Notes: generated by a model not told the origin, from the sequence alone. 64,000 bases of DNA from an uncultured delta proteobacterium (GCA_963745035.1 CAVUVW010000016.1:32001-96000); one strand, 5' to 3'; shown: positions 53,027-63,608, counted from the first letter of the stretch. Made by a program: numbers and translations.

Positions 53027-53656
53027 CTATGCAGCCGCCACGCTCTGCTCGGCTTCGACGGTCTTCTTGACCGTCGGCCGCTTCATCATGCGCTCCTGCC
53101 AGGCCGTGTAGGCCTTGAGATCTTTCATGGGAAATCCGCCGCGCACGCCCCAGCCGTAGAAAACCAGCGCGTAGGGATCGACCAGCGTGTACTCGTTGCC
53201 CATGATCCAGTCTTTTCCCTGGAACATGGCGTCGATCTCTTGGCAGTTGGCCCAGAACGATTTTCGCCCGTTTTCCTTGACCCCGGCATGCGATGCTTCG
53301 CCTTCGGCAAAACGCTCGGGCCGGTTAACGCGCTGGTACGAGGGATGCACGATGCTGGAGAACCAGCACATGGTCGCGATGCCGCGCGCCTCCTCCGCGG
53401 GATCGGCCGGCATCAGCTTCTTTTCCGGAAACCGTCTTGCAAGATAAGTGAGTATCGCCGTGTTCTCGACCAGGACCTTGCCGTCGACATCGAGCGCCGG
53501 GACTTTCCCCCGCGGGTTGATCTTCTGATACTCCTCGGTCCGCTGCTGTCCCTTGGCGAGCAGGATCGGCTTTGCCTCGTAAGGCGCGCCGGTTTCTTCG
53601 AGACCGATATGCGAAGCGAGAGAACAAGCGCCGGGACTGAAATAGAGCGTCAGCAT
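53027..53656 (-). CDS. Glutathione S-transferase (beta-class-like)
   Basis: LYFSPGACSLASHIGLEE, INPRGKVPAL, ENTAILTYLA. Confidence 0.92.
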   Translation of the reverse strand: MLTLYFSPGACSLASHIGLEETGAPYEAKPILLAKGQQRTEEYQKINPRGKVPALDVDGKVLVENTAILTYLARRFPEKKLMPADPAEEARGIATMCWFSSIVHPSYQRVNRPERFAEGEASHAGVKENGRKSFWANCQEIDAMFQGKDWIMGNEYTLVDPYALVFYGWGVRGGFPMKDLKAYTAWQERMMKRPTVKKTVEAEQSVAAA

Positions 53657-53734
53657 GGGAACGACTCCTCTCTGCGATTTTGACGCCAGCGTATGCTCTA
53701 TCGCGTGATCCTGTCAACTCGTGCAAACGGAAAC

Positions 53735-53930
53735 GGAGAGCGCTGAAAAAGATCAGCCTTCGTGATCGTGGAAAGAGACTCGTAGTTCTCGAAGTAGCCC
53801 GTGCGCTCCGAAACCGAGCGCGTGAACGACCCGTTCCGGTATGCGCTCGTGATCAAAGTGAAAAAGCTTCTCGCGAAAATGAAAATCCTCGAGCGCGGTC
53901 GGGCCACGGGGAGGCACCGCGAGATCTGGC
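53735..53930 (-). pseudogene. katE: Catalase (HPII/KatE-type) gene fragment
   Basis: [37 protein letters not shown], frameshift, [19 protein letters not shown]. Confidence 0.85.
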
Positions 53931-54018
53931 TCAAAGTTGGGGCACTGAAAATTTGCCTTGACCTATCTATGGGGCACCCGCAGGACTTCCGCTTCCGGCT
54001 CAGCCCGGCGAGCGCGCG

Positions 54019-54948
54019 CTATGCGATCTTCTCGTAAAAGTTTTTCTCTCCCAGTGGCTGGGTGCGCCAGCGCTTGTGGATCCACAGCCACTGATCCGGG
54101 TAGCGCCGCACCTGCTCTTCGACAAGCTTTGTGAATTTCTCGGTGAGCTGCCGCACGTCTTTTTCTTCATCGCCGCTGCATTCAATTGTCAGCGGCGCCC
54201 CGACTTGCAGCACGTAGCTCCGGCGCCGCTCGTCCCATGGAATAAAGACCGGCACCAAAGGCGCTCCGGTGCGCAGCGCCAGCTTTGCGGCGATGAACGT
54301 AGTGCAGGCCGGCACGCCGAAGAAATCCACAAAGATGCCTTTATTGCGCACGACGTTGATGTCGACCATCAGGGCCAGCAAGTTGCCCGCCCGCAGGGAC
54401 GCCAGCATGGAGCGCGCGGCGCCGCGCTTATCGATCGTGCGGTTGCCGAAACGGCTGCGGATGGTTTCGAGCAGTCGCTCGACGGCGGGATTCTCGATGC
54501 GCCTGACGAGAGAATCAAAAGGGTAGCCGAAGGCCGAAAGCGTGAAGGGTATCATTTCCCAGGCGCCCAGGTGAGCGGAGACAATGATCGCGCCGCGGCC
54601 AAGAGAGAGCGCGGCGTCGATATGGTCCAATCCTTCGCAGTCGATGCTCCGGCGCAGCGTCTCTCGACTCATGCCGGCGAAGCGGCTGAACTCGCCCACA
54701 TGGCGGCCGACATTCAACATGGAGTCGCGCACCAGGCGCGTTCGCTCGCTCTGGCTCATATCCGGAAAAGCCATCTTGAGATTGAGCTCGCCAACGCGCC
54801 GGAGCTTCCAGGCGACAAAATAGGCAACGTAGGCGCAGGCGTGACCCGCGCCAATGGCCAGCCGTCGAGGCAACAACCTCAGGCCCCAAAGCAGAGCACG
54901 GGCCGCCCAATACTCGATGAGGGTGCGCAATTTGCCGCGGTTTTCCAT
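54019..54948 (-). CDS. Lipid A biosynthesis acyltransferase (LpxL/HtrB family)
   Basis: SAHLGAWE, GIFVDFFG, YPDQWLWIHKRWR. Confidence 0.9.
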   Translation of the reverse strand: MENRGKLRTLIEYWAARALLWGLRLLPRRLAIGAGHACAYVAYFVAWKLRRVGELNLKMAFPDMSQSERTRLVRDSMLNVGRHVGEFSRFAGMSRETLRRSIDCEGLDHIDAALSLGRGAIIVSAHLGAWEMIPFTLSAFGYPFDSLVRRIENPAVERLLETIRSRFGNRTIDKRGAARSMLASLRAGNLLALMVDINVVRNKGIFVDFFGVPACTTFIAAKLALRTGAPLVPVFIPWDERRRSYVLQVGAPLTIECSGDEEKDVRQLTEKFTKLVEEQVRRYPDQWLWIHKRWRTQPLGEKNFYEKIA

Positions 54949-55029
54949 GAGCGATGAATCGATGATGTCGTCAGGAAAGGATACTCGATGGGCGCACCGC
55001 AGGTAAAATTCGGCTAGGACAATGCCGCG

Positions 55030-55536
55030 TTACGGTTTGGTCTCGCCCAAGAGCGGCGACGGCTCGGGAGTTTTTGCATTGCGTGAGAGGGCGAGGAGCT
55101 GGTCGAGAAATCCCGCCTGCGGCGCAAGGATGCGCTTGCGCGCCTCGGCGATGGAGAACCATGCGGCGCGGTCGACTTCGGGGAATTCCTGCGTCTTGCC
55201 CGACTTGGGCGGCCATGCCATTGAAAAAAGATTGCTCCGAACCTGAGCGGGATCGCAGTCGCCTTCGACCGCCCAGGCGTAAACCCGCTTGCCGCCGGTT
55301 TGCTTCACCGGAGCGAGCGGGTGAAATTCGCCGGCGATCGGGAAACCGGTTTCTTCCGTGAATTCGCGCTTGGCCGCCTCCAGCGGATCTTCGCCCTCGC
55401 CGATTTCTCCCTTCGGCAAGGACCACGCGCCAAGATCCTTCTTTGCCCAGAAAGGTCCCCCCGGATGCACAAGGAAGACTTCAAGCTCTTCGCACCGGCG
55501 ATAAAGCAGGATACCAGCGGTGGATTTCTTCGCCAT
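55030..55536 (-). CDS. NUDIX hydrolase
   Basis: LVHPGGPFW, Nudix box PKGE...EDPLEAAKREFTEETG, FPEVDRAAWF. Confidence 0.9.
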   Translation of the reverse strand: MAKKSTAGILLYRRCEELEVFLVHPGGPFWAKKDLGAWSLPKGEIGEGEDPLEAAKREFTEETGFPIAGEFHPLAPVKQTGGKRVYAWAVEGDCDPAQVRSNLFSMAWPPKSGKTQEFPEVDRAAWFSIAEARKRILAPQAGFLDQLLALSRNAKTPEPSPLLGETKP

Positions 55537-55617
55537 TAACAAATTTATATCACGAACGGCGTGCGAATTGGATGGAACGAGCATGGAATCTGAGGGTCGA
55601 ATTACCGGGACAAGTCA

Positions 55618-55860
55618 GTCAACACGAAATGGTCCATGAGCTTCGCTCGCCGACAGATAATGAAAAGTAGGAGCGCTCACGGCACGATTGTCCCGCTGTT
55701 CATCCCGCGAATGCGGAAATCCAGGTTTGTTCTAGCCGAATTCGCCTGGATACCCGCCCCCGCTTTCGCGAGGGCATGCTGTCGAATCGCGGGTATGACG
55801 GAATCCAAACGCACTCCGCCATTGCTACCACTTCGCACCCGTACTTTCGAAGAAGGTACA
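55618..55860. repeat. Composite REP-like palindromic repeat, copy B
   Basis: TCATCCCGCGAATGCGGAAATCCAGG...CCTGGATACCCG...CGCGGGTATGACGGAATC plus flanking ACACGAA..CATG..ATGAAAA and CACCCGTACTTTCGAAG modules. Confidence 0.75.
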
Positions 55861-55910
55861 ACGCGCGCGCCAGGGTTTCGCAGGGTGCGCGCGGCGCATC
55901 GCTTGTGCGC

Positions 55911-57324
55911 TCAGGTGCTTCTCGTGCGGCAGGCTGCAACGAGATCTTCGACGTCCTCGACGGTTGAGAGGCGGTTACACCGATCGAGCAATCCTTGAGG
56001 TTTCATTCCGGGCGCACTGGCTTGCAGAAGCCAGGTCATTTTTTCCAGCAGCTCCGCGTCGCCCAGGGGTGCTTCCGGATGGCCTTTCGGTTGATCTACG
56101 CGAGCCTCTACGGTGCGTCCGTCGTTCAGCTCGGCGATAAGGCGCGCGCCGAGAAATCCCTCATTGTCGAATGCCCTGTCCATATCAGGATCGATCACCA
56201 GCTCTATTTTCGCCAGCGCGGCTCTTACCTCGTCCGTTTCCCACGGCGATCCTTCGAACTCTTGGAGCGTCAGCCGGCCGCGCAGGAGCGCCATGGCCAC
56301 GACGAATGGCGTGCTGTGGTCCGCGGCCTCACGAGTCGTGGGAGCAAACGCTTCGGTTGAACCTTGAATGCCGGCCGCGACTCGCCGATGGCCATGAAGG
56401 ATGAGCCTTCGTACTTGCTCCATGCGGATACCTTGTTGGTGGAGGCTAAGCGCCGCCTCGACGGCTGCCTGGGTATTGATCTGTGCCGGATGCAGCTTGA
56501 GCATATTGTGTGTCGTGGTCCAGCGGCGGCCGAGCTGTTCAAGGGGTGCGGCATCAAAGCCAGAGCCCGTGTGGGGTTGTAGGTGGCCAAGCACGGTTTC
56601 GAGCGCATCTTCCGTGGCGCTTACTCCCAAGCCGGCTAGGTCCGCCGCTTCGAGCGCGCGTGCCAAGGCCAATCCGACTGCGACACTCTTGATCATAGGA
56701 ATTGTTGCCGCGGGTCTGAGCCAGGTATTCAGAACGGTGCCGGTTGCTACCGAGAGGCCGCTAGCATGTACAGACTGGGCAGGCGTCGCGCCGCTCAGGC
56801 GTGCGGCGACTATCGGCACGGCCCACGCAACAGTGGTTAAAGGATGGAGCCCACGCCGCCAGAAATTTAGCGATTCAGCCAATGCGCCTTGTAGCTCGTA
56901 GGATGCCACCAAGCAGGTGAGCAATTCTTCGCCGCTCTGCCGGTAACGCTCTGCGAGAGCGAGAAGTCCCGCGGTGCCGTCGCTAAAGTGTCCCGAAGCG
57001 CCGCCGCGACGCAAGACAAAAATATCGTTGGCGTCGAGGTAGCGAACCATGGCGCCGTTGACCAATGCGGCGAGCGCGGCGGGAACTTTTTTCGTCCGTG
57101 CCTAGGATCGTCGCATCGGCGCGGCCGCCTTGGGCGAGCGCGTGTTTTCTGAGCGCTTCAACCGGCGGCGCGTCATAGGCTCCGAGAGCGCACGCGAGGG
57201 TATCGGCGAGATGCCGTCGCGCCGCGGCCAACACTTCCGGCGGAATGGCGTCGTAGCGAAGCGAGAAGGTGAACTCCGCCATTTTCTGCGCCAAGGTTTT
57301 GAGATTTTTTCCTGCGGCGGCCAT
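55911..57324 (-). CDS. MmgE/PrpD family protein; frameshift near 57085
   Basis: LADTLACALG, VNGAMVRYLDAND, GHFSD, TREAADHS.PF, PKGHP. Confidence 0.88.
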
Positions 57325-57381
57325 AGTTCCTTGCTTATCCGGTCGTTGCCGCAACTTCGCTCGGGCATTCTAACAGAGAAC

Positions 57382-57467
57382 TCACCGCCGAGGCGCGGAG
57401 TACGCCGAGATAAAAGTTGGTCTTTGGAAATACTGCGAACTCTGCGAACTCTGATTCTCCGCGGTGA
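57382..57467. repeat. Palindromic REP-like element (CACCGC.GAG / CTCTGCG family)
   Basis: TCACCGCCGAGGCGCGGAG...CTCTGCGAACTCTGATTCTCCGCGGTGA; related half-copy near 32383-32410. Confidence 0.6.
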
Positions 57468-57600
57468 AAATGGTGTTTTCACTCTTTTGCTTGCGGCTTG
57501 GGCGGCGCTAGGCTTTCTCCTGATCCAGGTTCCTTTGCCGCGTCCTTGACTGAAAGAACCAAGACAGTATGGGAGAGGAACTCGTTTTGAAGGGGGTGCC

Positions 57601-58705
57601 ATGAAAAACTTCCGTTTCAAAACTCAATTGTCGATCGGCCGCTGGGTCGCCGTATTTGTATTGTCCGCGGCGCTTGCCGGACCGGCGTCTGGGCGCGGCG
57701 GCGCCCTATTACGAGGGCAAGTCGATCGAAGTCATCATTCCATTTCCCGTTGCCGGCGGCACCGACATCTGGATCCGCACGATCGCACCGTATCTCGAAA
57801 AACATATTCCCGGCAATCCCAAATTCACCTTCCGCAACATCGGCGGCGGCCGCGGCATCCCCGGCATGATGGAGTTTGCCCTCAAGGCGAAACCGGATGG
57901 ATCCATGACGTTGGTGAGCTCGGCGACCAACTATTTTCCGGTTCTCCTGGGAGACAAGGCGGCCAAATACGATCTTCGCCAGTGGAAGCCGGCGCTGGTG
58001 AATCCCGTGGGCGGCGTGATGTATGCTTCGCCGGCTTCGGGCATCAAGCGGGTGGAAGATCTCGCCAAAACCAAAAATCTCATTTACGGCGGTATCAGCG
58101 CCATCGGCCTGGATCTGATTCCGCTCATCAGCTTCGAGCTGTTGGAGATGGATGCCAAGGGCGTGCTCGGTTTCAAGGGCAGAGGAGAGGCGCGCATCGC
58201 TTTCGAACGCGGCGAAACCAACATCGATTACCAGACGACCCCTGCCTATAACGCCACTGTGGTGCCGCTGATCAAGGAAGGCAAAGCGATACCGCTGATG
58301 AGCTTCGGCCAGCTCGACGACAAGGGCAATATCATCCGCGACCCGGCCGTGCCTGATCTGCCGACGGTTCCCGAAGTCTATGAGAAGATCAAAGGCAAGA
58401 AACCGTCGGGCAGATTCTGGGAAACGTACAGAGTCTTTATGCCGTCGGCATTCGCGGTGCAGAAAATTCTCTGGCTCAAGGCCGACGCTCCGGCGGAAGC
58501 GCTGCGGGTCTACTACGAGGCTGCCGACAAGCTCGAGAAGGACAAAGAGTTTCAAACCAAGACCGATAAAGTTTTGGGAGGCTATCCGCTGCTGCGCGGC
58601 GATCGCCTCGAAAAAACCATCCAGCAGGCCTTTCAGATCGACCCGGAAACCCAACGCTTCGTCAGAGAGTGGGTGGGAAAGAAATATCGCGTGAAGTTCG
58701 ATTAG
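57601..58705 (+). CDS. tctC: Tripartite transporter substrate-binding protein; frameshift near 57695
   Basis: YYEGKSIEVIIPFPVAGGTDIW.R, HIPGNP, KPDG; upstream of TctA. Confidence 0.85.
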
Positions 58706-58758
58706 CCGAGTGGGCAGAAAGATATGGGTGGTGGAACTGGGATGATGCTGGCACAACC

Positions 58759-58794
58759 CAACACTCCATCACTCCAGTACTCCAATACTCCAAC
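58759..58794. repeat. 8-nt-period tandem repeat
   Basis: CAACACTCCATCACTCCAGTACTCCAATACTCCAAC. Confidence 0.7.
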
Positions 58795-58810
58795 TTTTTT
58801 GTAGCCTCGC

Positions 58811-60742
58811 ATGTGGGATGCCGCCCTAATCGCGCTCGAAAGGTTCAGCGATCCTCATCATCTGGGCATGCTGATGGCCGGCGTGCTCGCCGGCACGATC
58901 ATCGGTATCTTGCCTGGTCTGGGCGGCATCGCCTCGGTCGCCCTCCTTCTCCCTTTCATCTACACACTCGATGTTAACTCGGCCATGGTGCTGCTGATCG
59001 GATCTCTCGCTGTGGTCCACACCGCGGACACGATCACTTCGGTGCTGATCGGAACTCCGGGCGGCGCGGCGACTGCGGTGACCGTTCTGGATGGGTATCC
59101 GCTGGCCAAGCAGGGCCAGGCGGCCAGGGCCTTGAGCGCCGCGTTTTTGTCATCGATGATCGGCGGGCTCATCGGCACGGTTTTTCTGACTCTTTCTTTG
59201 CCGATCGCGCGGCCCCTCGTGCTTTTTTTCGGCTCTCCCGAGTTATTGATGCTCTGCGTTCTCGGTCTTTCTTTCGCCGGCTTTCTCACCGGCGGGGCGC
59301 CGCTCAAAGGCGGACTGGCGGCATGCCTTGGCCTCTTGTTGGGAAGCGTTGGTTCCGCTCCCGCGGATGCCGTCAATCGCTATACCTTTGATCAGCTGTA
59401 CCTCGTTGACGGCATTCCCCTGGTCGGCGTGGCGCTGGGAATCTTCGGCATCGCGGAGATCGTCGATCTGCTGGTGAAAGGCGGCCGCATCGCCGAGCGG
59501 GTCGATTTGGGCAGCGGTTGGATGCAGGGAGCCAAAGATGTCTGGCAGCATTGGGGCATCGTGGTGCGCGGCTCGCTGATTGGCGTCTGGGCAGGAATTC
59601 TTCCCGGCATCGGGGCTACTGCCGGTTCCTGGATGGCCTATGGCCACGTGGTCGCTATGGCGCGCGATCGCGAAAAATTCGGCAAGGGTGACATCCGTGG
59701 CGTCATCGGTCCGGAGAGCGCCAACAACTCCGTCGATGCCGGTGATCTTATCCCGACGCTGCTATTCAGCGTGCCCGGCGGAGCCCCGGCTGCGATCCTG
59801 CTTGGCGCGTTGTTTTACTACGGTATTCAGCCCGGACCCCGCATGGTTCAGGAAAACCTTGATCTGATTTTTACCATCATCTGGAGTCTCGCGATCGCGA
59901 ACGCCGTAGGGGCAGCCCTCTGCTTTCTTTTGAGCCCCGCGCTGTCCCGCTTCACCTGGGTTTCTTTTGCTCAACTGGCTCCGGCCATCGTGGTCACGAT
60001 TTTTTTTGGCGCCTTTCAAAGCTCGCAGCATTTCGGAGATCTTTTCGCCCTGCTCGGCTTGGGATTCCTGGGCTGGCTCATGAAACAACTGGGCTGGCCG
60101 CGCGCGCCGTTCCTCGTGGGCTTCGTCTTAACGAAGCCGACCGAGCAATATCTCTGGCTATCGATCAGCCGCTACGATTTCGAATGGCTCTTGCGGCCGG
60201 GCGTCATCATTATGGGTTTGTTGCTCCTGGCGTCCATAGTCTGGATCGTTCTCGGGCGAAGCAAGACAAAGGATGCTCCCGGAGAGGAGTCGGCCGAAGG
60301 TGCGGTATCCTTGGGAAAAACCTCCTCGGTTCTGTTCACTCTTGCCGTCTTGATTGTCGCCGCGGCGGCACTGTACGAAGCGCAAGACTTTCCCCACCTC
60401 GGGGCCATATTTCCCATAGCGGCAACGGTTCCCGCGATTTTCATGGCGGTCGCCCAGCTTGTTCTTGATGTGCGCGCGCGTCGAGAGTCTCCGGTATTCG
60501 AGACAGGAAAGAAAATAAGATTGGCCCTGGGCTATTTTCTTGCGCTCGTCTTGTATTTTTTACTGATCTGGCTTTTTGGTTTCGGCATCGCCACAGCGCT
60601 TTTCACCTTCGGATTTCTTTTTGGCTGGGTGCGCATGCGCTGGCTTCCTTCGTTGTCCTATACCGTCGCTGTCGTCGGTTTCGCGCTGCTCCTGAGCCGC
60701 GCTCTCGAGCTCTATTGGCCCCAAGGTCTGCTGCTCGGATGA
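58811..60742 (+). CDS. tctA: Tripartite tricarboxylate transporter permease TctA fused to TctB-like domain
   Basis: GILPGLGG, DGYPLAKQG, PESANNS, WPRAP; extra ~150-aa four-TM C-terminal domain ending WPQGLL. Confidence 0.9.
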   Translation: MWDAALIALERFSDPHHLGMLMAGVLAGTIIGILPGLGGIASVALLLPFIYTLDVNSAMVLLIGSLAVVHTADTITSVLIGTPGGAATAVTVLDGYPLAKQGQAARALSAAFLSSMIGGLIGTVFLTLSLPIARPLVLFFGSPELLMLCVLGLSFAGFLTGGAPLKGGLAACLGLLLGSVGSAPADAVNRYTFDQLYLVDGIPLVGVALGIFGIAEIVDLLVKGGRIAERVDLGSGWMQGAKDVWQHWGIVVRGSLIGVWAGILPGIGATAGSWMAYGHVVAMARDREKFGKGDIRGVIGPESANNSVDAGDLIPTLLFSVPGGAPAAILLGALFYYGIQPGPRMVQENLDLIFTIIWSLAIANAVGAALCFLLSPALSRFTWVSFAQLAPAIVVTIFFGAFQSSQHFGDLFALLGLGFLGWLMKQLGWPRAPFLVGFVLTKPTEQYLWLSISRYDFEWLLRPGVIIMGLLLLASIVWIVLGRSKTKDAPGEESAEGAVSLGKTSSVLFTLAVLIVAAAALYEAQDFPHLGAIFPIAATVPAIFMAVAQLVLDVRARRESPVFETGKKIRLALGYFLALVLYFLLIWLFGFGIATALFTFGFLFGWVRMRWLPSLSYTVAVVGFALLLSRALELYWPQGLLLG

Positions 60743-60801
60743 CGCGCTGCTCGGCATCTGCTGCGAAAGGCGTTTGACAAGTTCTTGACCTGGGAGGGCA
60801 G

Positions 60802-62166
60802 ATGCAGAAAGTTGATGGTGTTATGACCGATATCATTATCATCGGCGCGGGCGGGTGCGGGCTCATGGCGGCTCTGGTCGCGGCCAAGCAGGGCGCGCAG
60901 GTGCTCGTGCTCGAAAAGACGGACAAGCCCGGAGGCGGGACGGCTTTTTCTTCCAAGGGCATTCGCGCCGCTGGAAGCCGGCGCCAGCGCGAGTTGAATA
61001 TCGAGGACAGTCCCGGACTCTATGCGCAAGATATTCTGCGGCGGAACAATCATGAGAGCGACGGCGAGATCGTCAAGCGCCTGGCGGAAACTTCGGGACG
61101 CGTGGCTGATTTTCTGACGGACGCGGCGGGCGTCGAGTTCCAAATCGGCGAGTTTGCCTTCGGCCACAGCGCGCAGCGATCGCACTCGTGGAAAGCGGAC
61201 AAGACCATCACCGATTTTCTCTTCGAAGCCGTCGAACGGGAGAAGAATATTCAGGTGTGCTTCTCGACCCCGGTTTTATCGCTCAAGCAAGATGCGAGCG
61301 GCGCGGTGACCGGCGTGGCGACGAAGGACAGCGAAATTGCCGCGCGAAAAGTTATCCTTGCTTCCGGCGGATACGGCGCGAGCGCGGAGCTTTTGTCGCG
61401 CTATATTCCCAAAGCCGTGGACATTCCGTTTCCGGGTCACCCCGGCAGCACCGGCGACGGCATCAAAATGGGCTTGGCGATCGGAGCTGTGGCGGAAAAC
61501 ATGGGCGCGTTCCAGCCGTATCCCGCTTACATCGGTCCCGGAAAGCGCGCGGTGGCGCCGGAGATCGCTCTATCCGGCGGCGTCATGGTCGACGCGGCCG
61601 GAAAGCGCTTCGTCGATGAGACCCGATATCCCGGCGGGCTCGGCATCAAGATGCTCGAGCTTCCCGGCAAGCAAGCCTACGAAATTTTCGACGAGCGCAT
61701 TTACCAACTCCATCGAAACGCGCCGGGGTTGAGAAATCTCTCCGGACTTTTCGACGCGGGGCTTTTGCTGAGGGCCGCGACTGCCGAAGAGCTTGCGGGC
61801 AGATTGGCGATCGATGCCGAGGGACTCAAGCAAACCATCCGTGACTACAATCAAAGCGCTGCGAGCGGCGGTAAAGATGCTTTCGGGCGCGCGCTGCCGC
61901 AGCCGCTCAACGAACCATTCTACGGCATCAAAGTGACGGTGGCGCTTTACCATACGCAAGGCGGATTGAAGGTCACGCCCGACGGCCAGGTGCTGCGCGG
62001 CGACGGTTCGATCATTCCCAATCTTTACGCCGGCGGCGGTGTAGCCGTCGGCGTTTCGGGCAAAGGCTTGGAAGGCTATTTGCCGGGTAACGGATTGCTC
62101 GCTTCGCTTGGTTTCGGCATGAGGGCAGCGGAGCACGCGGTGGCTGCGCTGGTCGGAAAGATGTAG
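60802..62166 (+). CDS. FAD-dependent oxidoreductase, fumarate reductase/KstD/TcuA flavoprotein fold
   Basis: IIGAGGCG, LASGGY, STGDG, GKRFVDE, HTQGGL, PNLYAGG, GYLPGNGL. Confidence 0.85.
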   Translation: MQKVDGVMTDIIIIGAGGCGLMAALVAAKQGAQVLVLEKTDKPGGGTAFSSKGIRAAGSRRQRELNIEDSPGLYAQDILRRNNHESDGEIVKRLAETSGRVADFLTDAAGVEFQIGEFAFGHSAQRSHSWKADKTITDFLFEAVEREKNIQVCFSTPVLSLKQDASGAVTGVATKDSEIAARKVILASGGYGASAELLSRYIPKAVDIPFPGHPGSTGDGIKMGLAIGAVAENMGAFQPYPAYIGPGKRAVAPEIALSGGVMVDAAGKRFVDETRYPGGLGIKMLELPGKQAYEIFDERIYQLHRNAPGLRNLSGLFDAGLLLRAATAEELAGRLAIDAEGLKQTIRDYNQSAASGGKDAFGRALPQPLNEPFYGIKVTVALYHTQGGLKVTPDGQVLRGDGSIIPNLYAGGGVAVGVSGKGLEGYLPGNGLLASLGFGMRAAEHAVAALVGKM

Positions 62167-62195
62167 CGGTGAAATCGAAGTGTAAGATAGTTCCT

Positions 62196-62303
62196 AACCA
62201 CGAAGTGTTTCATGGGCTTATGCATGCCCACATAGGGATGAAAATGACGGAATTCCCAACGCGTGATTCGCTCCACCGGTCGTCATTCCCGCGCACGCGG
62301 GAA
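62196..62303. repeat. Composite REP-like repeat copy C, left part (split by IS30)
   Basis: CCACGAAG..TTCATGGG...GATGAAAAT...GTCATTCCCGCGCACGCGGGAA. Confidence 0.75.
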
Positions 62304-63293
62304 GGTGGATTCACATTTCAAGTGCAACAGTTCATGGCAGAAGACCTCTGCCGGAGTTTTGTAGTTAAGACACTTTCTCGGAGTGTGATTGTAGGATCGA
62401 ACCAGGCCGAGCAAACGGTCCTCAGATAACGTGGCCAAGTCGGTTTTCCTCGGCAGCCCTCGGCGCAAGCGTCCGATGGCGTTTTCAATGCCGCCTTTTT
62501 GCCATGGCGCATGCGGATCACAGAAAAAGGTGCGCATCGATAGTTTATGGAGTCGGTAATGGTAGGCGAACTCAGTGCCGTTATCGAAGGTGATGGTCCG
62601 ACGTAAGAGCTTGGGTAAAGAGCCCAACAGATCGGTGAGCTTTTTGGCCACAGGCTCGGCCGCCTTGTTGGGTTGACGGCTGAGCAGGAGCAACCGGGAG
62701 CGTCTTTCATGAGTAACCAGAACCGCCTGACCGTATTGAGCGAACAACATCAGGTCGCCTTCCCAGTGTCCGGCCTGGCGGCGCTTGTGGATGTAGGCCG
62801 GACGGCGATCGATCGGTACTCGGTCCTGAATATGATCCACCGGACTGCCGCCTTTATGCCCACGCCAACCCCGCTTGCTTTTGGCTCGGGGAAGATAGAG
62901 CCGCCAGCGGTAGTCCTTGGTACGACGGATCTGAGAGTCGATAAACCGATAGATCGATTCATAGCTGATCACGGTGGCTCTTTGCTCCTTTTTCAGTCGT
63001 CCGGCAACTTGTGCTGGCGACCACCCTTGGCTCAGGCCCTCGAGCACTTTTTCTTGAAGATCAGGCTTGCGCAACAGACGACTGCCTCGCCAACGTCGAC
63101 TCTTGGCTTGCTGCTCAGCGTAGGAAGGCTGGTAACCCACCTGATTGCCGCTGTTGCGTTTAAGCTCGCGCATTATAGTCGATGGCGCGCGATCCATAGC
63201 TGCCGCGATTTGGCGCATTGTTTTCCCGGCCTGGCTAAGTCCGGATACTGTACACCGTTCTTTAAGCGAAAGTTGCTCATACCGTTGTCCCAT
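62283..63293 (-). CDS. IS30-family DDE transposase
   Basis: HTH STIMRELKRN, WSPAQVAGRL, ISYESIY, GHWEGD, TFDNGTEF, PWQKGGIEN, PRKCL.YKTP. Confidence 0.95.
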   Translation of the reverse strand: MGQRYEQLSLKERCTVSGLSQAGKTMRQIAAAMDRAPSTIMRELKRNSGNQVGYQPSYAEQQAKSRRWRGSRLLRKPDLQEKVLEGLSQGWSPAQVAGRLKKEQRATVISYESIYRFIDSQIRRTKDYRWRLYLPRAKSKRGWRGHKGGSPVDHIQDRVPIDRRPAYIHKRRQAGHWEGDLMLFAQYGQAVLVTHERRSRLLLLSRQPNKAAEPVAKKLTDLLGSLPKLLRRTITFDNGTEFAYHYRLHKLSMRTFFCDPHAPWQKGGIENAIGRLRRGLPRKTDLATLSEDRLLGLVRSYNHTPRKCLNYKTPAEVFCHELLHLKCESTFPRARE

Positions 63294-63340
63294 CGCAACA
63301 CCTTATACAGAAAGTGTTGCACTTGGTTTGTGAATTTAGG
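62304..63340 (-). mobile_element. IS30-family insertion sequence (1037 bp)
   Basis: Imperfect 26-bp IRs GGTGGATTCACATTTCAAGTGCAACA / rc CCTAAATTCACAAACCAAGTGCAACA; 3-bp GAA duplication at 62301-03 and 63341-43. Confidence 0.92.
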
Positions 63341-63475
63341 GAATCCAGGTTTGTTTTCGCCGAATTAGCCTGGATACCCGCCCGCTTTCGCGAGGGCATG
63401 CTTTCGAATCGCGGGTATGACGGAATCTTGAACGGTCAGCCGTTAGCATTCCGCACACCCGTATTTTCGAAGGAA
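63341..63475. repeat. Composite REP-like repeat copy C, right part
   Basis: GAATCCAGG...CCTGGATACCCGCCCGCTTTCGCGAGGGCATGCTTTCGAATCGCGGGTATGACGGAATC...CACCCGTATTTTCGAAGG; close to copy B. Confidence 0.8.
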
Positions 63476-63608
63476 GCACGGAGAACGCGAAGGGTCTAAC
63501 TGTAAAGCCGATCGGTGCGCAAGCGCACCTACGGAGAAAACTTTGTATGCTTCGCGTCTTCGTGGTGATCGGTGAGAGTATGAGTCCGAAATCCATCGGA
63601 GGATTCTC

